Positions 39,910 through 51,995 of a stretch of 64,000 bases of DNA are shown one piece after another (the stretch's first letter is position 1; every line of letters begins with the position of its first letter). The translations under genes were made by a program, and so were the position numbers. The notes under the pieces are model-generated. The model did no database searches. It saw only the letters and a program-made list of their open reading frames with translations, and was not told where the DNA came from. Source of the DNA: Selaginella moellendorffii (taxonomy: Eukaryota > Plantae > Lycopodiophyta); contig NW_003314265.1 in assembly GCF_000143415.4 (NCBI RefSeq), forward strand, positions 1,769,637-1,833,636, given 5' to 3'.

Positions 39910-41792
39910 CGTTAACTTATGCAGGAAGAAGCTCGAGTGAAAGAAGCTCAACAAGAAGAAGAGAGGATGAAGTTCGAGGAAGCAAGTACTCCGGTTTGTA
40001 TTTTTTTCTTTTTCCCCGTGAAACGTTTTAAGTGGTTTTTGTAGGAAGTGGAAGCATAAGACTGATGTTATCGTGGAGGCTGCCAGTGTGCGAAAACTAC
40101 GAGCCCGAGCGGCTGTCATCAATGATCCTTGGCTTGCCGATCCAACACGGACGAACGTACGTTTCTCGAGTCTCAAAGCAGGGACTCGCCAAAGAAGACT
40201 TGGACCATTTAAAAACGCATCGAGTCTCGCTTCTCTACAGCATGTGGAAGTTCTTGGACGTGTCGGAAATAGTTTCTCCGGTTCTCAGTGCTAAAAATCC
40301 ATGGGCGAAAACTATTTACTGGAAACTGGTTTTCTGCATGGGAGACAATTCGTCCAAGGGACGAGGCAGTGAGCTTCCGGCGCAGTGGCTGAGGTCGAAG
40401 CTGATCGGAAATCTGGAAGGGAACACAGTAGCATAGTACGTCTCGAGCAACGTCGAAAACGTGCCATTGCGAGATTAATCTCGACAGAAGCTTCCAGCCA
40501 AGTATCAACGGGGAAAGCGTTCTCTTGTTCTGGGTTGACGAAGGCTCGCCTCTAAGCAGGATGCGCAGCAAGCTACATTCGCTGGTGGAATCTCTTCCGA
40601 CTGGGACCTCTGTGCCGCTGTTGGTATTTTCAAGTGGCTTTGGATCAGACGAAGGCGATCTCAACAGATGGCCGCCACCAGAAGAAGAGTTGGCGCTGCT
40701 GCTTCAGCTACACAGATTGGACGGCGACAAGATCAGCAGCTGGATAGTTTTATCGACCACTGGGAAAAGCGAACACGAGTTCTACTGCAGTGAGACTCTA
40801 GCCAGGGGTATTGAGTGGCTCGCGACTTTAGCGCCGGCTCAGCCAGAGCTTCATGCTGTGGATCTCCGCGACTTGGTGGCAGAAAAGCTCTACTCTACGT
40901 TAAACTCGTCACGGGAAGAAACCAAAGCCGGGCCCGGAGACTACGTCTTCAGCAAAGCGCTCCACGACGCTACAGCGGAGGTGACAAATGCCGCTGGAGC
41001 TCTGCCGACTGCCTCCCTTTCCTCGTCTTGACGAACGAACCACGTTTGCTCTGGCTCTCTCACCATTGTCGGCGGCGGCTCCCCGACTGCGTGAGAGCTC
41101 AATACATGTCTCTACTGGAAGTGTACCTGAGCAAGCTCGGCTACGAAGAACCGGAGGCTAACCGTGTCGCAGCCAGCATTTTGGATGGAGCAGTGAGCCT
41201 GGCTGCGCGACCTGGCGTCGGGTGTTCCGGAGCATTTTCTGGACGAAGCTGATGCGTCCCAACAGCGAGCCTCCCCGACGGTTTATCTCTTGCGCGAGAT
41301 CTCCTTTCACAGAGACGTGGTAGGGGCGTTTGCTTCTCGGCTCCAAGGTGGCAACGTCCCCGAGTCGATCCAGGTGAGTTTTGTAGAGAGATACAACCAG
41401 CAGTACACCGAGGCCGAGACTGCCTGTAATACTGCAACTTCAAAGCCAGAGGACGTTATGCTCAGGCACGAGCTCAAGTACCTGAGAAGCGGAGATGAGC
41501 TCGAGCTACTTCCGAAGGCCAACCGAGGCACGACTGGACGAGCTAGTGGCAAGGCTGGACAAAAGGCTGGATGAAAACACTCAGGCAGCAGCGACTGGAA
41601 TGGAAGAAATTCTTCGGCCGTGGACAGGACACGAAGCTGCTCGTGCTCACGCCAGAGGGGATCGACTTGGAAATTTTGGAAGTGACGAGCCCGAGGTCTT
41701 CAAGCTCGGAGAGCTACAAGAGGTTTAACGAGCTCTTGAGTAGCTGCCCAGACGCTCATCTCTGGCAAGCTACTTTGGTGTTTTATACTAAC
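39910..41792 (+). pseudogene. SAC3B: SAC3B/GANP-like gene, C-terminal fragment
   Basis: KNPWAKTIYWKLVFC, QWLRSKL, VESLPTGTSVPLLV and GIEWLATLAPAQPELHAVDLRDL recall the plant SAC3B C-terminus; stops at 40434 and 41029; frameshifts. Confidence 0.72.
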
Positions 41793-42039
41793 TACTTGAC
41801 AAATGTTTGTAAATGTATTCATTTTTTTTCAAGGAAACCACAGGGTAGCTTTCTGTAGATCGTCTCGTTTTGCCACTGCCAAAGCGTACACTTCCATCTA
41901 CCCATCGTTATGGAACGTTGTTCTATGTCACCATTGCAATCTCATGGCGTTGCAAAAACAAAAGGAAGTTAGAGAAACCATAATGAAAACTAAAGAGAAC
42001 ATAGACCTGGGGTTGAAACCTCTCAGTTCGTTGAACAAG

Positions 42040-44190
42040 CATTTTGGTTAGAACAAGCACCTGTCAAACTTCGACTTCCATATCCTTGAACAGCTGGAGT
42101 TTTCATGATCGTTGTTTTCATTGAGGTTGGACCATTGTGATGTACGTCTTGCAACTGGATTGAAGTTTTGAAGTCGCAGATGCCCAACGTTGTTTCTCAG
42201 CTCGTAGGTCTTGCATTGAGCGCAGCAGCAACATCGCTGACAATCTCTCCAAAATGTTGACACAGAATCTCTCCAATCTCGTAGCATTTTTCTTCTTGGA
42301 CACAGCGTTTTTTAGTTCTTCTCGTGGTTGAGCAGCACCAAGATGTCACTTGTCTTTTTCATGACAAGAAATTAGAACAAATTGAAACACACACAAACCT
42401 GACAACATGAAGCTAAGTATGTGAACTTTCAATGATCGTTAGTTTTGTTCGTATTCACAAGTTTCCCTTCCCGTTGAAAGTTTCTTGGACCGTTGTTTTG
42501 CGCTTAGCTTGTTTAACTTGTTTGAGCATATCATCTTAGCTTGACTGTGTCACTGGCTCCCTTTTGCGTTGAGCATACCCCGTCGACAATCTTAATCGAA
42601 AAGAAAGAGCGTCTTCAAACGTTGAGAGTTTCAACAAATTCTTGATTGCTTCTAGCCACTCTTTTATCGTTGATCATTCTAGAGCATATTTCTTGCAAAT
42701 GTCTCTTGTTTCATTGTCTTACTCGCTTATTGCTAACACAAAGAAAACTGAACGAACTTACCTTGCGAGGTGGAGAGGTGCGAGAGTGGACCGGGCCTGT
42801 CAAGGATCAGCGACGGATCATGGTTGTTGTTTTCATTGAGGTTGAGCCATTGTCATGTACATTTTCAGCTGGATTAAGTTCTGAGATCGCCGTTGTTTCT
42901 CAGCTCGCAGGTCTTGCGTTGAACGCAGCAACAACACAACTCAAAGCGCTGACAATCTCTCCAAAACGTTGACACAAAATCTCTCCAATCTAGTAGCAGT
43001 TTTCTTCTTGGCACACGCTGTGACATGGCGTTTTTCAGTTCTTATCGTCGTTGAGCAGCACCAGCATGTCACTTGGCTTCTTCATAACAAGAAATTAGAA
43101 CAAATCGAAACACACGCGAACCTGGTAACGTGAAACTAAGTATCGTTGATCGTTAGTTTTGTTCGTATTCACACAGCGTTGTCCACATCGGTGAGTTTCC
43201 CTTCGCGTTGAGAGTTCCTTGGCCCGTTGTCTTGCACTTTGCTTGTTTGAGTTGTTTGAGCATATCATCTTAGCTTGACTGTGTCACTGGCTCCCTTTTG
43301 CGTTGAGCATACCCCGTCGACAATCTCAATCGAAAAGAAAGAGCGTCTTCAAACGTTGAGAGTTTCAACAAATTCTTGATTGCTTCTAGCCTCTCTTTTA
43401 TCGTTGATCATTCTAGAGCATATTTCTTGTCTCCAGCAAATCTCTCTTGTTTCGTTGTCTTACTCGCTTATTGCTAACACAAAGAAAACTGAACGAACTT
43501 ACCTTGCGAGGTGGAGAGGTGCGAGTGGACCGGGCCTGTCAAGGATCAGCGACGGATCATGATCGTTGTTTTCATTGAGGTTGGACCATTGTCATGTACA
43601 TTTTCAGCTGGATTGAAGTTCTGAGATCGCCGTTGTTTCTCAGCTCGCAGGTCTTGCGTTGAACGCAGCAACAACACAACTCAAAGCGCTGACAATCTCT
43701 CCAAAACGTTGACACAAAATCTCTCCAATCTAGTAGCAGTTTTCTTCTTGGCACACGCTGTGACATGGCGTTTTTCAGTTCCTATCGTCGTTGAGCAGCA
43801 CCAGCATGTCACTTGGCTTCTTCATAACAAGAAATTAGAACAAATGGAAACACACGCGAACCTGGCAACGTGAAACCAAGTATCGTTGATCGTTAGTTTT
43901 GTTCGTATTCAAACAGCGTTGTCCACATCGGTGAGTGTCCCTTCGCGTTGAGAGTTCCTTGGCCCGTTGTTTTGCACTTTGCTTGTTTGAGTTGTTTGTT
44001 GTGTCACTGGCTCCCTTTTGCGTTGCAATCGAAAAGAGGTGTCTTCAAGCGTTGAGAGTTTCAACACGATTTCTTGATCGCCTCTAGCATACCTCTTAGC
44101 TCGTTGCAAGCAGCTTCGCTTTAATCTGTCTTACTCCTAACGCAAAGAAAAGCCCTACCTAAACGAACTTACCTTGCGAGGGTAGCCGTT
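42040..44190 (-). repeat. Three tandem copies of a 715-740-bp exon/intron module of an unidentified decayed gene
   Basis: Recurring TTGTTTTCATTGAGGTTG at about 42112, 42827 and 43566; recurring minus-strand donor CGCAAG|GTAAG at about 42760, 43500 and 44170. Confidence 0.85.
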
Positions 44191-44428
44191 GTCCACGAGC
44201 TGCCGCTGTGGCGCCCAGTAGGGAGAACTCGGTGAGGGGAGAGAGGCGAAGCGGCCTACCTGGGGCAGAGTGGAAGGGTCGCGAAACCCCAAGACGCGGC
44301 ATCCATCACTGCTCTAGCCCTTTATCACCGATGAACCCTAAATTTGAGCTAAGTACCACTGTTTTATATAGACAGGGCAAAAAGGGGAAGTTCTCAATTA
44401 GTGCAAAATGAAGAATCTTACAAGCTAC

Positions 44429-46043
44429 TTAATTACTCAAGGAATCCTGCTGATCGGAGCCTGCTGGTTGGCTCTTCCGTGCTGCTGTTGCCAGCACGGG
44501 AAGCTTCTGGATCTCAGCCGGCGATAGGATCCGTATGCATCGCACCGTCGTGTTAAACAAACACAACATGAAATGCGTCTCTGACGAGCAGCATGTCGCC
44601 TTCATTATCTACGTACACACGTTCAGGTTCTCGTTAATGCCGAACAGATGCTGCAGCTCCTCCAGAAGTTGCGTGTTGCATGTATAATCCCCAAAACTTG
44701 GACAAGTCCAAAGCTCGTCACACTGCACCCTGTTTGTGAACTTTTGAAAAGTAGAAGATTCAGAGTCTGGCGCTTCAAATAAAGAATGAGATCTTACTTT
44801 GGTGCACGTCCTGCTTGGTTGCTGTTGTTGCTGCTGCTGGTTCCGGTTCTGGCCAGTAAAACACTTCCTGAAGCCGGAAGTTTCCAACTCGAGATCCTTG
44901 TGGACGTTGTCTTTGGCGGTGCTGGCCAAAGCTGTCTTTGGTTTCAACGAGACGAGAAACCAAATAGTTTGCACTTGCAGTGAGAATCGTTTGCATTACC
45001 TCTCGCAAGGGGCTCCTCACCTCCTGAAAGAACAAAAAAGAGTAGANNNNNNNNNNNNNNNNNNNNNNNNNNNNNNNNNNNNNNNNNNNNNNNNNNNNNN
45101 NNNNNNNNNNNNNNNNNNNNNNNNNNNNNNNNNNNNNNNNNNNNNNACGGATTTCACTTACTGTGAGGCATGAGATGCTTAAGAAAAGAGTTGTCTGTTG
45201 TAGTTGAGGCTGCAAGTAGACTGGGCAACTTAATGCTGCTTGCCAATAAGCGAAGCTGCTGGTTGGAGAAGGCTGCTGCAGTCTCTAGAATTGTGGAGGA
45301 ACCTTCTGCTCTCGAAACTGCTGAACGCAAAGCCTAAGCTGCTGCTGGTGCATATCGACTTTATGATGAGATGGTAGCCCCTCGTTTCCGGGACTTGGAA
45401 ATCCAGAAAGAAAACCAGGAACACTGTGACCCTCAGTAACTCTTGGAGTTATCTTAGCCTCAGAATAGAGAGCTGTAGGGAAATTTTTCCCTTGGCCTCA
45501 CATTGGGGCTCTATCTCCTGTCTTTTGCTAGCCGCGTGCTTGTCCCAACCGACCTATATAGAAGACAAGACTCTTTACCTTTAGGAAGCGCCATTTAGAG
45601 CCATCGAGCTGCATCGATATCGTCAATTCCAGTAATAGTTCCCATATATCTGACTGTTAGCAAAAGGAGACAAAACAAGAGATTCACTTCAAAACGATTT
45701 ACCTTCTTTCCGGCGAATCCTCAGTCTCAAATCTCATTTTGAAGCGCATACCAATAAAAATTTTCATCTTGAAAGATTTCACGTACTTCTGGTATGGAAC
45801 AACAAATTCAGCTGGACTAGCCCTGAAGAGAAACAAATTCACCACTTTGCCGTGTTAAATCCAAAGAATGTCAAACGAGGATTGTAGAACACGGTGAACA
45901 TGGTCTTAGTGGACACAGCATGAGCAGCAGCAGCCAGGACTCTGATTTGCATACTGTGGCTAGACAGTAGCGAAGACGAAGTGAAACTGCTCTACGTGCG
46001 CACAGCACACCCAATACCGATTCTCAACTCACCATGATCTCCC
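44429..46043 (-). pseudogene. ARF: Auxin response factor (class B, ARF2/3/4-like) remnant lacking most of the B3 domain
   Basis: [72 protein letters not shown]|VHKQG, VYVDNEGDMLLV and VRCIRILSP; stops, deletions and frameshifts; N gap at 45047-45146. Confidence 0.88.
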
Positions 46044-46084
46044 CTACGTGCTACGTAATATTATTACGGTATGAAAAACAGATC

Positions 46085-46858
46085 AAAAGTCTTGAAAATT
46101 TTATAATGACCAACAGTATCGGCTTCTTCTGGCTTACAAACACACTCCACCCTGTCGTCGAAAGATGCCTTCGTGGTTGTCCTGGATAAGAGCAGAATTT
46201 TGTAAGAAAGTATAGGTGGGACTTCCATTCAAAATCTTTTGCTGTAATCTCCTTTGCTGGAGGGGTTTGCTGATAATCCTGAAATCGAGTTTAACAAATA
46301 TATTGAGTGACATATATCAGGATATATGAGCCTCGGTTTAGAGAAGCTCCTCGGTTTACTGCTCAGAGTCCGGAACACTACAAACGGATATGACAAAGTA
46401 CGTTTCATTCAACGCTATGCAAGAAGCTCCAACGGAAATGGCGGAAGAAGAAATGCCCGACTATGACGACGGACAAACAGTCTTTATCGATGGTAGTCGA
46501 GACACCGGTTGCTCCATCTTACATCTTTCGGACTGGATCGTTTGATTGGTTACGGGCGCTTAATTTTAGCCAGCCAGCCGAGAAGCACATAGATGTGGGC
46601 GCTCTGCTGCCAAGTATGCAAGACAGCATGGTAGCTGAGAAAACGTCCACAGGGAAAAGAACTCGTTCAGACAATTATGAGGAGCAGGACCACTCTCCAA
46701 AAAGACAGGAGATTGCTAGTCCTGGAGAGGTTTAGCTGAGGAGTTAGAAAGGAAAGAAGAAGATGCTCGACAAGAAGAAGCAAGGATGAAGTTTGCGGTT
46801 TGTATTGGCTCAGATTTTTTCTTTTTCGTTGTGAAACTTTTAAATGGTTTTTGTAGGC
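46085..46858 (+). pseudogene. Second SAC3B-like fragment (more central exons)
   Basis: 46765-46858 repeats the exon end and intron at 39945-40046; upstream remnants SGLQ and EEEMPDY. Confidence 0.55.
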
Positions 46859-47396
46859 CTACTGTGAGATTGTAGTAATACCTATTGTATTACAATTGGT
46901 ATATTACTCTGAAAATTGGTGCACACAATAAAAAATTAGATTTAATAGTAAAACATGAAAAATTTGGTCCCTGATAACAAAAAGTTAACTCTATCACAAT
47001 TTCAAATGGTTTTACCTTTTAGTGACAACATAAATTGTAAATAATGTCCTATTGTCTAGATGCTCCAGTTTCAAAAGGAGAGCATTGTTTGTTATTTGGT
47101 TAGTGCATTTGTTCAGATTCTGAGCACAGCATTTTACAGTTGACACCATTTGCACGGATACACCAACTATCACCTCTAGAGCCTTTGTCATAATGTTAAT
47201 TATTCTAGTAGTCTTAACTCATCCTTGTCTTCCCTCACTTCAACTCCACTGAGACTGGGGCCTATGCTTTCTTTTTATTTTCACTCTTGCAAGTTCACTC
47301 AAAGATTGTTCCAGAGTGAATTTTACTTCACTCTTTTTTATCCAAAATAAAATGCTACTCTTTTTTATTGCACAAAGAAAAATTAAACCCGGTTCT

Positions 47397-48294
47397 TCAG
47401 GTCGCTGTCCCAACATGCTTCTCTACGTGTAATCTCTTCGCGTTTCGGAATGCCCGGCATGCCACAACGTACACCAGGACGAGCACTGCCACAACTACGA
47501 TGTTGACGATCGCCGCTGTCTTCCAGTCCCCTCGGATGTCCTGCTCCACCACGCCCGCCTTGCAAGAATCGCAATCGAAGCACAGGCGCGTAGGATCGTT
47601 GCTCCACCTCGCGCAGTCGGGATTACTAGCGCTGCTCCTCCCGCGGGATGGCGGATCCCAGGACGTCGCATTGCGGAAGACGAGATCACATTCTAGAGGG
47701 GGCTTACAGCAGCCAGACTGATTTGGAGGAAAGAAAGATTTTAGAGGTAACATTTCGATCGCAAGGACCAGGGAAAGAGAGAGCATGTACCTCCACAGGA
47801 GACAGCCGCGCGGCATCGAAGCTCTGGATTGTTGGGTACGCCATCGCCAGATCCCGGCAAATGTCCAGATCCTTTAAGCATCCCTCGATCTTCTTCCATC
47901 GCTTCGCGCCACCGACTTGTTTCCTGAACCAGGGGGAGTAATCGCCGAGACTGTACTCCCGGAATCCCTTGCCGGGGAGGGCGCGGCCATGGCGCGTGCC
48001 ACTGCTCACGGCCATGGTGAAGATGGTGTCGGCGAGCAGCAGTAGGATGAGAATGGAGAGAAGGAAGAGATAGATCCAGAGCAGCCATGGGACCTTGAAG
48101 CAGCCGCCAATGGATCCGGCGATGGAGAGGAGGAGGAGAAGGATCCCGATGGCGAGCACCAACCACTGGACGGATTGGACGCAGTGGCTATTGGCGGAGG
48201 CGAGGAGCCAAATCCCAGTGGCGATCACTGGGAGGGAGAGCAAGAGCGTGAAAACACTGATGATCGCAGTAATGTAATTGCTACTAGCACCCAT
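47397..48294 (-). CDS. Tetraspanin (exons 48294-47791 and 47717-47397)
   Basis: Four TM segments; EYSLGDYSPWF; SGCCKPP; CFDCDSCKAG. Confidence 0.94.
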
Positions 48295-48488
48295 TCCCTC
48301 CTTATCTTTTAACTAAAGGAACAACCCCCTTTAGGGTTTCAAGATAATGGTGTTCGAAACCCTAAATAGGTTAGAATCTAAAATAATCTAAAAATGGCCA
48401 CGTGTTGGGCAAAGCAAAAAGGAAATATCTTTTCTTGAAACCCTAAAGAGGGTTAGTTAAATCTTAAACCCTAAACCCTGAATGGTAT

Positions 48489-50630
48489 ATGCTTTTGGCC
48501 AAGACATGCCAGAGGTGGAGGGCGATCGCCATTCCGGCAGCGGCGCCGCCATCGCCACCATCGCCACCGTCATCGCCACGCACGGTGAGTATAAACGACT
48601 ACGCATCGCTGCTATGGCAATGCCGCGGCTTGGACGAGGTGAGGAAGCTCCACGCCCAAATCGCGGCCCGGAAGCTGGATCGCAACACCTTCCTGGGGAA
48701 TGTCCTTGTCGATGCTTACAGCAAGCACGGCAGCCTCCATGGCGCGCAGCTCGCCTTCGGCCGCATCACCCTCCACAACGCCCACTCGTGGAACATCCTC
48801 ATGGCCGCGTATGCCCAGAACGGGCATCCGCGCGGCGCCGCCACGCTCTTCCACTGGATGTGCTCGCAGGGCGTCCGGCCCAACGCAGTGACGCTCAGCA
48901 CCGCGCTGCTCGCCTGCACCGCCGCCAGGAACCTCGCGCTGGGGCGGAAGCTCAACGAGCTGATCGCGAGCGAGGCGCTGGAGATCGACTCCCACGTCGA
49001 GAGCAGCCTCATCACCATGTACGGCCGGTGCCGCGAGATCGAGGAGGCCGAGCGGGCGTTTGATCGCAGCCCAGAGAAGGATGTGGTCTGCTGGACCGCG
49101 ATGATCTCCGCCTATGCCCACAACTGGAGGACGTCGCGGGCGCTCGAGCTCGTCCGGAGGATGGATCTGGAAGGCATCAAGCTCGGCTTGCCGACGTACG
49201 TGAGCCTCCTGGACGCCTGTGCCAGCACCATGGATCTCCGCAACGGCGTGGCCTTCCACCAGAGAGCCGCTGCTATCGGACTGGACCGCTCGAGCACCGT
49301 CGTCGCTGGCACGCTCGTCAACCTGTATGGGAAGTGCGGCCGTGTGGACGACGCCCGGAGAGTTCTCGACGCCATGCCGGTGAGGACGAGCGTCTCCTGG
49401 ACTGCCATGATCGCCGCCTATGCCCAGAACGGGAACGCTGCCGAGGCCATCAACCTGTTCCAGTGCATGGACCTCGAGGGGGCGGAGCCGTCCGACATAA
49501 CTCTCATCTCGGTTGTCGACTCGTGCGCTGTGCTCGGGACCCTGTCTCTCGGGAAGAGAATCCACGCTCGTATCCGGAGCTCACCGTCGTTCTCCCAGAG
49601 CTTGATGCTGCTCAACGCTGTCATCACCATGTATGGCAAGTGCGGCAACTTGGAGCTCGCCCGAGAGGTGTTTGAGTGTGTGCCGCTGAGGACGAGGAGC
49701 GTCGTTACCTGGACCGCAATGATAAGAGCCTACGCGCAGAATGGTGTCGGCGAGGAGGCGATAGAGCTCTTCCAGGAGATGCTCATCGACGGTGGCACCG
49801 AGCCGAATAGAGTGACTTTCCTCAGCGTTCTTTGTGCTTGCAGCCACCTCGGTCAGCTCGAGCAGGCCTGGGAGCACTTCTGTTCCATGGGACCGGACTT
49901 TGGAGTGCCACCCGCGGGCGACCACTACTGCTGCCTGGTCGATCTTCTGGGTCGAGCTGGCCGGCTTGGCGAGGCCGAGAAGTTGCTGCTGCGGCATAAG
50001 GACTTTGAGGCGGACGTTGTCTGCTGGATTGCGTTCCTGAGTGCCTGCCAGATGAATGGAGATCTGGAGCGGAGCCAGAGGGCTGCCAAGAGAGTGTCTG
50101 AGTTGGAGCCGGAGAATGTTGCTGGCCGCGTTCTGCTGTCAAATGTGTACGCTGCCAAAGGTAGGAGAGCTGACGTTGCTCGGATCCGGAACGAGATGAA
50201 GTCCTCTGGCGTTAAGAAGTTCGCAGGCCGGAGCTGGATCGAGATCAACAATAGAGTTCACGAGTTCATGGTGAGCGACGTCAGCCACCCTCGAAAGTTG
50301 GAAATATATAGCGAGCTTGAGAGGCTGCACCGAGAGATAAAGGAGGCCGGATACGTCCCGGACACGAAGATGGTGCTGCGGGACGTGGACGAGGAGAAGA
50401 AGGTCCAGTTACTGGGTTACCACTCGGAAAGGCTTGCAATGGCTCTTGGCATCATCAGCACCCCTCCCGGAACTACTCTCAGAGTTGTCAAGAACTTGCG
50501 CGTGTGCTCGGATTGTCATGCTGCAACCAAGTTCATTTCCCAAATTGTAGGAAGACAGATTATTGTGAGGGATACCAGCCGGTTTCACCACTTCAAGGAC
50601 GGCGTGTGTTCGTGTGGAGATTATTGGTAG
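48489..50630 (+). CDS. PLS-class PPR-DYW organellar RNA-editing factor
   Basis: PLS repeats; E domain; HSERLA; CSDCH; terminal CSCGDYW; intact 713 aa. Confidence 0.96.
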   Translation: MLLAKTCQRWRAIAIPAAAPPSPPSPPSSPRTVSINDYASLLWQCRGLDEVRKLHAQIAARKLDRNTFLGNVLVDAYSKHGSLHGAQLAFGRITLHNAHSWNILMAAYAQNGHPRGAATLFHWMCSQGVRPNAVTLSTALLACTAARNLALGRKLNELIASEALEIDSHVESSLITMYGRCREIEEAERAFDRSPEKDVVCWTAMISAYAHNWRTSRALELVRRMDLEGIKLGLPTYVSLLDACASTMDLRNGVAFHQRAAAIGLDRSSTVVAGTLVNLYGKCGRVDDARRVLDAMPVRTSVSWTAMIAAYAQNGNAAEAINLFQCMDLEGAEPSDITLISVVDSCAVLGTLSLGKRIHARIRSSPSFSQSLMLLNAVITMYGKCGNLELAREVFECVPLRTRSVVTWTAMIRAYAQNGVGEEAIELFQEMLIDGGTEPNRVTFLSVLCACSHLGQLEQAWEHFCSMGPDFGVPPAGDHYCCLVDLLGRAGRLGEAEKLLLRHKDFEADVVCWIAFLSACQMNGDLERSQRAAKRVSELEPENVAGRVLLSNVYAAKGRRADVARIRNEMKSSGVKKFAGRSWIEINNRVHEFMVSDVSHPRKLEIYSELERLHREIKEAGYVPDTKMVLRDVDEEKKVQLLGYHSERLAMALGIISTPPGTTLRVVKNLRVCSDCHAATKFISQIVGRQIIVRDTSRFHHFKDGVCSCGDYW

Positions 50631-50784
50631 TAGCTCGTAGACACTTTCACGCGGTGGAACTCCTTGACAGCAGCCCAGGGTTCTGATTCCTTTCTGTACC
50701 AGCAACACAGAAACGAAATTGAATTCAACTAGCTATTAAATGCTCAAATCGAAGATAGTACTTACAAGTCACGAGCCAGAAAAT

Positions 50785-51342
50785 TTAGTTGAGCGCGCTG
50801 AGAAGGTCCAGAACGCTGCATGCCGCTTGCTGGAACTTCTCCTTCTCCTCCTCGAGCCGTGCCTTCTTGGCCACGGCGAAATCTCTTGCGTGCTGGAACT
50901 CCTCCGTCACTTCCACGTAGGTTGTATTTATGTTCCTGGGACGACCAGTCAAAAGTTTTTTTGTTTGCGCGGCGCCCACACAAGAAGCTGTCAGTAGCCT
51001 ATAAGTAGAAGAAAAAGCTTAAACGGTCTTACGCTATGGCAGGAAGAAGCTCCTCCATGACTGTTTGCGTCTGTTGGATCACACCTGATTAAACACAGAT
51101 GGATAGATCGGAGATCAAGTAAGAAAGAAAAAATCGCATGAATTCGAGGAGCGCTTACTGGTAACAAGACCGGACAGCTTCTCCGCAACTGGATCCGGAT
51201 CGTCCTCAGCCGACACCGCATCGTTGGCCAGATCGGCATCCTCCTCAACGGCAGCGGCAGCTCCAGGCCGAGCTCCCGCCGCGGACACGGAATCGGGCGC
51301 CGCGCCTCCTCCGCCCTGCTGCCCTACATTCTCCATCGCCAT
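50785..51342 (-). CDS. Small uncharacterised protein (3 exons, C-terminal coiled coil)
   Basis: MAMENV...LSGLVT|SVIQQTQTVMEELLPAIA|...LEEEKEKFQQAACSVLDLL; GT-AG introns; TTTAGGG telo-box-like motifs upstream. Confidence 0.68.
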
Positions 51343-51995
51343 AATATTTCTAGGGCGGATCACGAGCCCCAAATTTTAAACACCTTTCCCGCCCATTTCA
51401 TGTTTTAGGGCTTTTGGATTTAGGGACGAATCGAATCGATAGAATTCAATGGATCGCGTCAGCGTGCTTTTGGGGAATGGTTTCCTCTCTTTCTGGATTG
51501 ATTGATTCCTCGCAATGGCGATGATGTGCATGTACCTCAAGCTTCCCTCCACGCCGTGCGCGTTTTCCCCTCTTTGTTTGTATATTGCGGCACTTGCAGC
51601 GCTTTTAATTCGTTTGTTGCCTTCTTTCTTTCCTTCGGCACCACCATACGAGGTACTGCTACTGCTCTATTCTTTCTTCCTATCTTCCACTTTCCTTTCT
51701 TTTCTCCTCCTTTCCTTGTGTGTGCTTTTGTTTGTTTGTTTCTTATTACTTGTCAAACAATCAATGTTTGTGGGTGTGTGGGTGTGTAAGAAGATTGGAA
51801 TGAGAGAGTGCTGTTAAGATTTGTTTCTTTCTTCCACTCCTTTCTTCCTTGTCAAACAATATCTGTCGCAAGCTAGCTCAGAACAAGTGTTAAAGATTAT
51901 TCTCATTTTTTTTTGGAAAGCATGATCATCGAATATCGAGTCGTCTAGCAAATCCCTGCAGAAGAGCCGATCTTGTTGCTCATCTTCTAACAATT

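Noticed and set aside
45150-45480. TAS3 tasiRNA target site in the ARF remnant
   Set aside because: No match visible, though an N gap hides part of the middle region.
51490-51870. Hydrophobic ORFs or a miRNA precursor between the small gene and the MYB
   Set aside because: T-rich low-complexity sequence with no convincing hairpin or motif.
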